Source: Octopus vulgaris (Eukaryota). Taken from it: a stretch of DNA of 64,000 nt. Shown in pieces: positions 11,961 to 23,929 of the stretch. Under the pieces are notes generated by a model that did not search any database, had not been told where the DNA came from, and saw nothing but the letters and a program-made list of their open reading frames with translations. The number at the start of each line of letters is the position of its first letter. Positions within the stretch are counted from its first letter, which is position 1. The translations under genes were made by a program, and so were the position numbers. Where the stretch lies: the NCBI GenBank assembly GCA_951406725.2, contig OX597817.1, positions 100,874,001-100,938,000 on the forward strand, given 5' to 3'.

Positions 11961-12819
11961 ATAGTGATACAGTAATTATGGAAAAAACAAGATATAAAAT
12001 AAATATATGAACAGAGAGGGGAATAACAAGAGACACTGTCATATTGACAAAAGTGACCAATAAGATTAATGTAGTTTGGAATAAGGAGCGTGTCTTACAT
12101 TGAAATTTAACATTGAAAAAACTTTGAAAAATTTTCTAGTGATACATTGATTCGGAACAAACGACATAATGAAATACTACTATTAACGAGAAACGTAAAT
12201 ATGTTGGCTGACTAAAATAATGGAGAGAATGGTTATGTAGCTACAGATTAACACATGATGTTGAAATTACTTTGCATAATAGAATCTGAATAGTGAATAA
12301 AGTAATACTTTGGGCCTCAAAGCACCACTGACGAAACCGGAATTTTTAACATTTGGAATATCGATTAAAAAAATGCAGGGCATTGAAGGAAAAATAGCAA
12401 GACAGCGATTGGCTACATGAAGGATACAAATGAAAAATTAACATATTAAAATAAACGAACACGAGCATAAACATAGATTTTAACATGTTTAGCTTCGAAT
12501 AAATACATACACCCCCTCTTTTTTTTCTCTCTCTATTTTCCACCCACACACCCACACACACGTCTCATATGGTTTCGTGTTGTTTCTTTTCAGCACAATC
12601 TCTTTATCCTTTCTCCCCTCTTTAGGAAGACTTAATCTCTAGTCAAGGATATATTCGAAAGATCATAAATTTGGTGAACATTTCTGTCAGGATTTCATTT
12701 ACGTCTTTTCTTTTCTCTATATTTTCATCTTTTTCAACTTCTCTACTTCCTCCTCTTCTCAAGCACTGTATCACTTTCTTGCCATTCTTGCTCTTGCCTA
12801 TATATATATTCTGATATTG

Positions 12820-13047
12820 ATTTTATCGGTTTCTTTCGTCGAACCGTTGGTTTATGAAGACAACCACAAGTACACACACACAAACATAGATAACACACAC
12901 ATATCGCTGGACGCTAAAGCTTTTCTATTCTCTCTTTATTTGCTCCTTTCTGTTGAAGAGCGTAGTTTGAAACATAAAAGATTTTCTCACCTTCCCGAGC
13001 GTTAAACTAATACACCTGTCTTCGTCTTTTGTTTTTCTGTAAATTTC

Positions 13048-13050
<3 letters not shown>
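12820..13050 (+). mobile_element. diverged solo pLTR related to the 269-4793 PLE
   Basis: CTTTCTGTTGAAGAGCGTAGTTTGAAACATAAAAGA...CCCGAGCGTTAAACTAATACACCTGTCTTCGTCTTTTG aligns to the pLTR 3' half. Ends at (TA)n at 13051. Confidence 0.75.
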
Positions 13051-13090
<40 letters not shown>

Positions 13091-13710
13091 CACGTACATG
13101 TGAGTACATTGATGATGCAAAGAACGTGGAGAAAATAGTACTCGAATATCAAAGGAAGAGTGAAATATTTCATTGACGCTGAAATGACTTCATAAATTAT
13201 TACTTAGAGTGTTTCACCTTGCAGTAATCACAAAAATGAAATAGTTTTAAGTATTTATAAGTATCAATGACAACCAACTCATTGAATAGACATCTAAAAC
13301 TGATTGGGTGATTAGTATTCAAAATAACGGGAATGTGTTGGATAAAATTGATTGTTGGAAGTAATAGGAAAATATATTAACATATAGGCGAGTCAAATAA
13401 ATTAAAATTAGATTATTAAAACTCGTAGGTACTGGGATAAAAAATACACAAAATAAGAAAGAACTTATCAGAACACGGCAAATTAAAAGGGTAATATAGA
13501 AAGGGAAATTAGATAAATAGAAAGAACGAAGCCAGAACAGAGAGGCACAGTAGAAAGCCGATCGAAATTAAGACTAAATACAAAATATATGATATAAGGT
13601 TTATAATGTGTAAATCAAATTATATTCATAGAAAAAATTCGCTATTGGAAACAAATGTGTAAATAAAAAGTGTATATTATCAAAATATTACGTAAAGAAA
13701 TATATATATG

Positions 13711-15722
13711 GTTGGCATCCTTTCTGTCTCGGGAGACAATGGAGTTGCGCATAAAGTAGTCTAGTCCGGCTTTTATATTTCATGTCCTGATACATTTCCT
13801 GCTGTGGCTGTGTAGTCCTATCCTGGACAAACACTCCCTCTGGCAGGTACCGCAAATGTAGCGAAGACTGTTCCTGGCTGGTTGTAATGCCATAGTTTCT
13901 TGTTGTCTCTTCTTTTCTTTCCATTTCTCCTCTCTCTCTCTGTCACACTCTGTCAGTTGGGTTTTATTTCGTGCCTTTCTGAGTTCTTCGAGTGACTTTG
14001 TAGAAGAGTCACTCTTGTATTGCATCAGAGCTGCACGCTTTGCTTCGATAACTGGCTCCAGCTCTGAGAGCCCAGCATTGAACCAATCTGGGTTTTGCCT
14101 TTCTCTCAAGCCGAAAGTATCTATTGATGTCGTATACAAGGCTTCCCTGATATAGTCCCACCTATTTTCAGCAGAGGAGGTTGGGCAGCTACTGAGGGCA
14201 ACCTTGATAGAAGCAGCAAAACATTTTCGCAGTGTAGGGTCCGAGGTTCTGGCGGTGTTGATGCGTGGTCGGCCCACTTTCTTGGAGCGATGGACTTTTT
14301 TAGGCAGAATCCTCACCCGACTTCTAATTAGTGAGTGGTCTGTGTCACAATCCGCGCTGTGGTAACTGCGGGTCAATAGAGTAGAATTCAGAAAGGATCT
14401 CCGTGTAATGATGAGATCCAGCTGATGCAGTGGTGAGATCTTGGATGTCTCCAAGATGACTTGTGGGATGGCTTGTTGGTAAAGAATGTGTTTGTGATGT
14501 ACAGGTTGTGGTATGTGCAGAATTCGAGTAGTCTCTGACCATTTTCATTCATGTTGCCAATACCAAAGTGTCCAACACAAATGGGCCACGAATCATGGTC
14601 AGATCCCACGCGAGCGTTAAAATCCCCGAGAAGGTAGATATTTTCAGTCGTTGGTATATTTTCTATGACACAGTTGAGATCTTTGTAGAACTGGTCCTTG
14701 GTCTCCTCTGAGCTGTAGAGAGTGGGAGCATAGATGCTGAGTAGATGTACTGAGCCAGAAGAAGTCGAGAGGCGCAGTGAGAGGATACGCTCAGTGCCTC
14801 CTGATGGTGGTTCTATTGAGGAGAGTAGTGAGTTTCTCACTGCAAAACCAACGCCATGTTGACGAGGTTCTTCTGGATCGCTTCCCTGCCAAAAGAAGGT
14901 GAAATCCTGCTCTTTTAGTTTGCCGTTTGAGGGAAGTCTTGTCTCCTGCAGCCCAGCAATATCTATGTTGAGCCTCTTTAGTTCACGGTCAATGATGGCC
15001 GTTTTCCTTGTGTCTTCAATCCTGAGAAGATCATCAGATATTCCAGGACACATGGTCCTGACATTCCAGCTTGCCAACCGCAACTGGTGTTTTCTTGACT
15101 TTTAGTTGCTTGCCTGGTGCAGAGATTGCAGGCCGCTTTTCGAGTCATACTCTTAGCTCCAAGCACCCAATGGAGCAGGCGGACTGTGGAGGGTCAGCAC
15201 CTTATTAACTGGGGGCTGCCCAGCTTGAGGTGGGCAGTAGCTAACCAATAGGACACGGAGGTCCCTCCCACCGTCAGAGGTAACCCGTAGCGCCCATATT
15301 TTACGCCAATCTGAATGGACTTATCACTCGTGACTGTTACCTCCCGTGTTGTTTCTGCAGCTTTTTACTGCAGCACTGAAGTGTCCTCTCCAGTTTTGCG
15401 CAGGCCTGGGCTATAGATAAGAAAGTCCTGGGTAGCCCAATCGTCAGGTTTCCTCTCTCGACCTTACTGATGTAGTCCAGTGGAGTGCAGTGCATTACGT
15501 TTGGCACCAGCTTGGTTGCAGGAGCTGCCGGAAGAGTGTCGAGTCGAACACTAGACCGCCTTCGGGGCTCCACTCCTGATTTCTTTGAAGGTTGTCTCCT
15601 TTCCGTAACCCTGGATAGGGGCCCATACCAGGTACTGTCAGCCGGAGCCAGCTGAGCCCGGAACTCGTGTCAGGTAGGGTCGTCACTTCCTGAAGTAGTG
15701 AAGAAGTTCGCTACCCACTACC
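13711..15722 (-). mobile_element. RTE-clade LINE with intact 5' UTR and 3' end but internal deletion of the RT domain
   Basis: APE ORF 14388-15083 (ASWNVRT, GLQETR, GVGFAV, IYAPT, LLGDFNARVG) continues after a frameshift (~14430) in 13780-14454 (HQLDLII, DCDTDHSL). It then joins the C-terminal CxxC...HxxxC finger. A 3' UTR stem TGTCTC-cc-GAGACA is present. Confidence 0.9.
13780..15083 (-). pseudogene. RTE AP-endonuclease fused to C-terminal zinc-finger (RT missing), 1 frameshift
   Basis: ORFs 14388-15083 and 13780-14454 of the track. Confidence 0.85.
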
Positions 15723-16286
15723 TTTTCAAGTAATGTTAACTTATTATTAGATTTTTTATTCTTTTGCCTACGTTTATTTTATATGTTTATTTTCAACCAC
15801 TAATATTCATCATCATCATCAGCAGCAGCAGTTGTAGCAGCAGCAGCAATATCACTATCAGCAGTAGTTATGGCAGCAGCAACAGCAGCAGGAGCAGCAT
15901 TTTGCTTCGCTTCGTTTCATAGGGACAAGGGAGGGAAGATAAGAGAGGGTGGGAAGGGGAGAGAATAGAGAGATATCCGGTATTGGTGGTGGGGGTGGGT
16001 TTGGGCGGGCGCAGAGCGAACAAGGTCGGTCGGAATTAAGGGACGATGGTCAGAATTTATGCAGAGGGGGTAGAAGCGAGTAATTTACTTAACGAAATTC
16101 TAAGAGATGGAGCTAAAAACTAACAGGTTGTCGGCGATGAGAGCATTTAAAACACGACAGCAAGCTGTCAGTACTGAAGACATTTAGGATATTAGGAGTG
16201 GAATAAAGAGGGAGAAGAAAGAGAAAAATGTTCTTAGCTTTGCGTCTCGGTCATCGTGTGGCAGAATAAAAAATAAAAATGGCCAG

Positions 16287-16351
<65 letters not shown>

Positions 16352-16658
16352 TCAATATAATTCGTTTTTGGATTTGGTTTGCAAGATTCTTTATGCGTGT
16401 TCGTGTGTTGAAACATATTCTGTTGTGTCTGGGGAGAGTCATTTTCTTTTTGTACCTTATAATTTAACACACTCACTGGTAGAATTTCCACTTATTTCTT
16501 ATTTTTATTTTCCTAAAATTTTCGTTGCGTCTTGTGTATCCTATTCTTAGCTACAATAGTGACAACATGAAATTCTTCTATTTTCTTGCTCTCTTAAAAT
16601 ATTTGAGAAAAATTATATTAATGTGTCCTCTTGGTTAAAATTCTATTTATTTATTTGG

Positions 16659-16742
16659 GCAGCTGAAGATGGCACTGCATTTAAATTGATGTAATAATTG
16701 CATTGTTCAATTTAATGGAGCCGCCTGAAACGGTCATACTGC
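16659..16742 (+). ncRNA. hammerhead-like motif with extended stem II
   Basis: gcag-CTGAAGA(16663-69)-tGGC...TTAAATTGA...TCAATTTAA...GCCt-GAAA(16727-30)-cgg-TC-ata-ctgc. Confidence 0.45.
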
Positions 16743-17379
16743 ATCACTACTTGATATCCTGTTGCTTATTTTGATTTTATACATACATACATACATACAT
16801 ACATACATACATACATACATACATACATACATACATGAAACAAAGGCGACTGAAGAAGGGGAATTTTCCTTGTTTTGTATGTCCTGTACTCTATTTTTTC
16901 GTTGCTTAAGAAAAAAATGTCCATTTCCTTGGTTTTGTGTTTATGTTTTCATTTCTCATTGTGTTCGACGTTTTTTTGGTGTCCTGTACCCATATATGCA
17001 TGTATATATACATGTAGAGGTAGGTACGTACATATATGTATGAATATATGCATATGTTTTATTTATTTATTAATTTATATATATATGAAGTAGTTTTAAC
17101 AAAGCTGATGTTCAACAACTATTTTTTAGAAAGTTATGTGCTCTACTTGAAATTCATCTGAAGATGAACATAATGTCAGTGTATGATATGTATGTTTTAC
17201 TGATATTCTGCTGTTTCTTTCATTTCATAATAATCTCGTATGAAATAACGAAAAGTATATGTTGCGCTTAGAGTTGGTGCAGAAATTTATCCGCTTCGCC
17301 ATTTCGACTCTACGCTGAAAGAAGCGAAATATTTATAACCTGATGTGGCTATGTAGATAGGCGTAGGCGTGGCTATGTT

Positions 17380-17730
17380 GTAAGAAATCCGCTTCCTAAC
17401 CACGTGCTTCCGGGTTCGGTCCCAATTCATGGTACTCTGCGCCGACCAAAGACATGTGAATTGATTTGGTAAACGAAAATTTACAGAAGCCCGCCGTATG
17501 TGTGTGTGTGTCTGTGTATCTCTGTGTTTATGTTTTCCCCCACCAGTACTTGAGAATCGGGGTCGGTTTGTTTACACACGCGTAAATTAGCACATCGGCA
17601 AAATATATCAATAAGATAAGTACCAGGCTTTTGAAAAATAAGCACTGGGTGTTGATTTGTTCAACTAAACCCTTTGAGGCAGTGTTCCAGTATGGTTGAA
17701 TTTCAGTGACTGAATCAAGTAAAATAGAAA
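17380..17730 (+). mobile_element. tRNA-derived SINE, family B (CORE-like), diverged
   Basis: Homologous to 30595-31005: GGCGTAGGCGTGGCT head, CCGGGTTCGGTCCC B-box, internal (TG)n. Confidence 0.75.
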
Positions 17731-19919
17731 ACACTCGAATAGAAGTAGAGGAATAAACAGGAACTTGTTTAATATTAAAGCTAAGTCTCCTAATCAGCTC
17801 TAATACTAGAGCTAACTAGTATTAGAAAAAACATTGCAGGCGACTGAAAAGTTAAATTAAGGAAGCTCATTAGAAGTGGAAGTGCAATCCTGGTATTACG
17901 TCAAAATCTCAGAACCAGTTATTCAATATCTTATTCAGTTGGCCATTTTATTTAACCTTATTTATCACAATATATCTAGATTGCATTAAAGTCAATATTT
18001 CTTTTGTTTTGTAAATATAGCGTACAGGTTTCTTTATCTATAAAGTACCTTTTATAAATGCATTTATTGAATCTCTATTAAAAGAGGCATATTTGATGTA
18101 ATGAGAAAGGAAGCAAAAGTGCAAAATAATTGAAGCTTAGTTCTTTGGAATAAACACACACACGTGCGCGCACACACACAACTAAGATGTCTTGTAATTA
18201 TTATGTCAGAATTTTATATTTACTCAATATATAGTGAAATATAATAGAGAGATAATGCATAATTATAACTGCTTTATTTCTTTGAAAATACATGCCTATA
18301 AATCACCTATAATGTATAATACATGTCTTACGTATAATCATTTCATACGTAAATGTTACAGCGACCTTCAATGTCCTGTGAAAGTGAAACTGTTTCATTC
18401 TTTCCAGCATTAATATTTAATTTAACATTGATTCTGTATATCTATTTAAATAATATGCTGGGAACGAATTATGTAAAATTAAGAATATTTTTCTTACAAT
18501 GCAAAAACACTTTGTTGCATTTCTCTTATATACTGAGTGTTAAAAATGCAAAACAAAACGAAACGTAACAATAAATATTACGGAAGTTATGAAGCAGAGT
18601 TTCTATATTTAATGGTGATGTGTTACGCACTCACTTCCCTGCTTCTCATCCGCCTTTGTTTACATGACTAATGAAGAGACAAATTTCCACTGCAGAACAA
18701 ATCACTATCTCCACTATTTCTCTTTAGTTAGATCTTTTACAATGCACAAAATTTCCATAGACTCATTTGAATGTTGAAAATCTCACTCGGGTTAAAGTAC
18801 ATATTTTGCACATTTGAGTTTCGTTTTGTGGTTATGACATCTTAATGTCAATTTTACATCAATTTCCAGATATACAAGGATAAGGCAGTGAAATCTAGTT
18901 CATACCTAGATTTGAATGATGGTGTATACTGTGCATATCGAATTTTAAGACTGTTCTTCGTTTGTCTTATATAGTTTTCACATACACCTAATGATCAGAT
19001 CGACGAATTTTTCTATAAACAGCATAATCATTTCTCCTACAACATAATCGGCAGCAACCTAATCATGGACAACACTCAAGTAGTAGCTGTAGCAATGTTA
19101 TTTCCAACAGCGGTTTTCGGTTATTCTACCTTAAGCTTTCTCTTAGGTTATATTATTTATTTTGTCTTTTCTCTGAGTAAGGGAGAATATAATGATTCAA
19201 CGTCACTTATACTCAAGTGTTATCATTATACCTAAAAACCCTAACTACAGTCATAGAGACATATACGCATGGAACGCTACATTAACGACAATGTATGTTG
19301 AATATTTTAATCGTGTCCTTTAAACCGCTATAAGAAACATAAATCAAAGATTACAGAAATGCATATTTATCTATGCTCAGTTGAAAAACAAACGTGAAGA
19401 GAAACATTTCCTTTTAATTATTTTTATTATATAAATATAACATTTTATATTATTTACAAGAAGAAAGATAACTTAGTCGTGAAGAAGAACGACTATAAAT
19501 TCCTTAGCTAATTTCTTCTTTCTATCTAATACATTAACCAACAAACCAAAATAGATTTGTGATTAACTTAGACATGGCATAAAAATTTACCGATGTCTCC
19601 AAAAGAGTGAGTGACGTGGAGTCATGTGACACCAACGAACACTGAAATATTTTCCAAAATCCAGGGTTTTTTATAACTGCTCAACTTGACTAAAAAGAAT
19701 CGAAATCCATGACAGATATTCTTTTCGAAACTTCTAGAATATGAGCAGTTATATTAACCAATGGAAAAAAACGAAAATGATAATTCTTCGGCAATACGAC
19801 ATTACGTCATATTGCCAATTCGCGTCACATTTCAAAATTGCTAAAATGGTTATTGCTACAGTTACTACAAATAAAGCACTTTTCCTTTTTGAATCGGAAA
19901 ATACTTCAGTTTTTAAATA

Positions 19920-20128
19920 TTGGTTTCAAACGTTGGTACAAGGCCAGTAATTTCGGAAAAGGAGGTAAGTCGATTACATCGACTGGAATGCTCAACTGGC
20001 ATTTATTTTATCAACCCCACAAGGATGAAACGCAAAGTCGGTCTTGGCAGAATTTGAACCCAGAACGTAGAGAAGTGCCACTAAGCCTTTTGTCCGGCGT
20101 GCTAACGATTCTGCCAGTTCGCTGCCTT
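19920..20128 (-). mobile_element. tRNA-derived SINE, family A
   Basis: Reverse complement begins GGCAGCGAACTGGCAGAATCGTTAGCACGCC and contains GGTTCAAATTC. Homologous to 31170-31380. Confidence 0.8.
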
Positions 20129-20224
20129 ATCAGCTTCTAAATATTGTTGACTCTCCACAAGGCTCAAATGTGGTCAGGAATGAAATATTGTTTTCATATC
20201 TAAATCAGTACTGTTGTTATAATA

Positions 20225-20500
20225 CCGGCTTCTAGACCGCGTTCAAAAACGGCCCCTAAGTGATTCATCTCCTAACACGCTTGAACATCTAACTCAGAGT
20301 TGTGATGACTTCTTAATTTGCCTTTCTCCACTGCTTTAGAGGCCTAAGTTCCAAGGAACATAGGTCTCTATTGTAGTGGGTCCGCTCGACTCGCTCAACT
20401 CCCCTCCTCATATTTGTCAAATTAATGGCTGTTCCCTCTAAATCTTACATCAACTGCTGGGCTCAATCCTTTTGTTCCAAAAATTCCCAAGTCTACATTT
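20225..20500 (+). mobile_element. degenerate 3' fragment of a CR1/L2/Jockey-group LINE
   Basis: LLDRVQKR motif at ~20228-20251. The remainder is degraded. Confidence 0.3.
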
Positions 20501-21469
20501 CCAGATTTTTAACTGTATAAACCTCGCATGTCACGGAGGCCCTTCGATGGCGATGGGTAGAACTCCTTTGTGTAGTCTGTACCACCAAAAAAGAGAATAA
20601 TGAAAACTAGAAAGGATAAGGTTTGACTTCCATAGCCATTCTTTCGCTGCTTAAATGAATGCAGAGACTTGCTAAAGTCGGAAAAGCAGCATATCTTCGT
20701 ATTTGTGCGTCTGGAAGGGAGGGTGGTAAACAAAAGTTATATAATATAATATAATATAATATAATATATGTTTCTAAAGAATATTAAACGTTAGTTTATT
20801 GCTTTATTTGAAGCGTGTAGTTGCTTGACAATTTGTGAGATATGGGAGTTAATGGTCTGTTCAATAGGTGCTTCATTGATTAAAGAAATATGATTAAAGT
20901 TTGGAGAGAGTAGTAAGCTCACTTGATTGAAATATTTGGTATTCTATTAAGAAAATATTTAGAACTCAATGTTGCACATCTGATAGTAATTAACGCCCAC
21001 GAAAGTCATTTGGTTACTGATATCATGATGCCATTACGCCTTGATGCAACGACTATGTATAAGCGAAAGGTAAGTTAGTGTTAATGTATTTAAAGCATGG
21101 AGTGTTATAAAACTAACCAAAGCTATATACGCAGCAAGCAAGACTTAAACTTAATCAGCCAATGGCTAATATCTTCGTTTTCCCGGCAAGTGCATGTGAG
21201 AAATCTGGGAAATTTTCTGTATTTTCCTGACCTCACCAGTAAAGTCTATCTTACTCAGTACATGTCAAAGTAGTAACGAATGAATCACTAAGTAAATATA
21301 CAAGACTGAACTCACATTTGCCTAGGAAACTTGAAATGAGTCAGGAAGGAACAATGTGACAAGAGAAAGAGAGTCAAGTGAATCAGATGGATCTGGGGGA
21401 TTGTAATACAGGAGTAGCTAGTTCCGAGGAACATAGGCACTATAGCAGTGGAGAACAGTAGCAGTTAAG

Positions 21470-21670
21470 AAAAGAAGTAATTTCTACTCTTCTCCTCTGG
21501 AAGCCATCTACTCGCAACACCAGAGGGCGCACACTCTCCTACCCTGATGTAATCTCCAGGGATACAGGCATCCAGCAACAGGACCTCCGTAATGCTATGA
21601 TGGACCGTGAAGTCTGGCGCAACATGGTAAATTCCATTGTCTCGACCACGGTCGAACAATGATGATGATG
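21470..21670 (+). mobile_element. 5'-truncated LINE 3' end (RTE-like) with (GAT)n tail and 10-bp TSD
   Basis: Encodes LWKPSTRNTRGRTLSYPDVISRDTG...AMMDREVWR. TSD AGCAGTTAAG at 21460-21469 and 21671-21680. Confidence 0.8.
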
Positions 21671-23858
21671 AGCAGTTAAGTTAGTGCTAACATATTTAAT
21701 GTAAGAATTACGGATGCGATACAAGAAACGACTAAATTATTTAATCTTAGCAATTAGGGGTATGAGTCATAAAGAAAAACTTAAAAGCTTTCTTTTAAAA
21801 TTAGAATTGTCATTGAAAGCTACAATAAATGAAAATCACTGCTTTCTTATATAGTCTGATTTCTGTTAATTAGTCACGGAATGGGAATGACGTTGATACT
21901 GTATACATTGAAGAGTTGGATTATTGAGTTTGTGTGGAATGCGTTTGTAGGAGCTATATTTCATAATATAGTAGAAATTGGTACAAGCTTTACTTAATGC
22001 TTAACAGAGTTGTGTTAACAAAGAAATAAACTTGAGAACAAGCTTGCATTGTTATAAATCACCGAAAATCGAACTAATACTTATTTAAATATCTTACACA
22101 ACGACCTTTTTCAAGCATTCATATCTCTTTATCCAAATACAATAGCAACGGGATAAAATTTAATAACGCATTTAGGTTGACCAAAATAAAATTCACACAA
22201 ATTAAACTGATGAAAATATCCAAACTATTTTTTGTTGGTCATATGACTACGCAGAAGCTACCTTGTTGCCAATGGTAAATGTTAAAGGCATACTACTTAC
22301 TGTCTCCTTTCCTCGGACAAACAGTGTAAAGTGAAATCAGAAACTGCTGAAACTGTTTGTCCTGCATTTCAATTGCTTTCTAACAACAACAACAACAACA
22401 ACAATAATAGTAATATTTTCTTAATTACAAATCATGTGGTACGGCGCAGTGTAAGCAGACTCTTAACTTCCCTGCTTCTATGAAATAAATTTAATCACAA
22501 ACTGGGTCACTGACTATATTGTAGATAATTGGAGTTTAAGCCATCAAGTTGCTAGCAACTGTTAGAATTACAATTAACGTTAAATGAGAAAACTAAAGGA
22601 AATTATGTGGACCATTTTGCAGAGAATGAAGCGTATTTGTTAATCTAATATCTCCATATTCGTGTTTATATCTAAATCTTCGGTTCGCACCATCATATTC
22701 ATAACTGTCATTAATAGCATAGAAATTGTCAAAGCTATCATCAACATTAGTTTTAATTTCAGCAAAACATAATTTTGTAAATAATAATGTTAAAAGTCAT
22801 TGAATAGGAAATCTATTGATATCCTCATTTATCAAACATTAATAATACACAAATATTTTCCGTTTTAATTATTACTCATTAGCTTTTAAGAAGAAAGTCA
22901 AATCCGTTTCAGTTGTTCTTCAAATATCTATCAATAAAGTTCAACTGAACTTAATGACTTTGAGGCGAAATTGTTCACCATATTGTATTTCATGAAAAAC
23001 GGAGAAAAAAAGTATAACTTGATCTCATCTTTAGAAACCAGAATTCAATCAATCATATACTATATGTATATTCATAATGAAAACAGGTTTAATATATAGT
23101 TTATATATTATTTATTACGGCGCAAATTACATCTTAGAAACCATTTATATCTACTTTGAATCGTAGAAAATATTAAATTGCATTAGCGTGTAGAAAACGA
23201 GATAACTCTATATGACAATTACTTGACACTCCAAAGAAAAATTGTCCTTTTTGTTATGTTGTTTTTCTTTTTTATAGCCTCTCAGTTTGTTGCTGTCTAC
23301 TTAATTGGATAGTTCTTATGCTGTTTTGCTGTGATGCTCTGTTCACTACTAAGGGGTAACGGTTTTTGTAATTCTCTTGGTTGCATATATTCATATTTTA
23401 TTTTTATACTTTCGCTGTTTTTGATTAAATGATTAATTGTTGTTTCAGAATCAAAGGGAATTTTACATCGTTCCTTTGGCGGTATTTCCAAATTCAATTG
23501 ATTTTATGAAAACAATTATATGTTGATTTTCTTCAAAACAACATTAATACAAAAACAAGAAATAATCATGAACAGGTGTAGAAATCAACTAAGGCAATAA
23601 ACAGTTACAGCAAAACCTTAATAAAGCCAACATAATAAAAATAATACGATTGACCATTCAATAGAAACAGAGGTCACCAGCAACAGGGCACACCTAACTC
23701 AGCTGGATTCAAATAAACAGAAACACTAAATAACAAAAATGCCGACTGCCTGTCAGTGTGACACGAAACTCAATCTGTGAGAACGGAATTAAGTTTACAC
23801 ACACACACACACACACGTGCACATGCACACACACACACACAAACAAACACGTACACAT

Positions 23859-23929
<71 letters not shown>

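Noticed and set aside
12328-12345. CTGACGAAACCGG resembling hammerhead pieces
   Set aside because: No stem II between the core halves and no U16 after CCGG.
16850-16875. CTGAAGA followed by hairpin AGGGGAATTTTCCTT
   Set aside because: The GAAA core strand is missing immediately after the hairpin.
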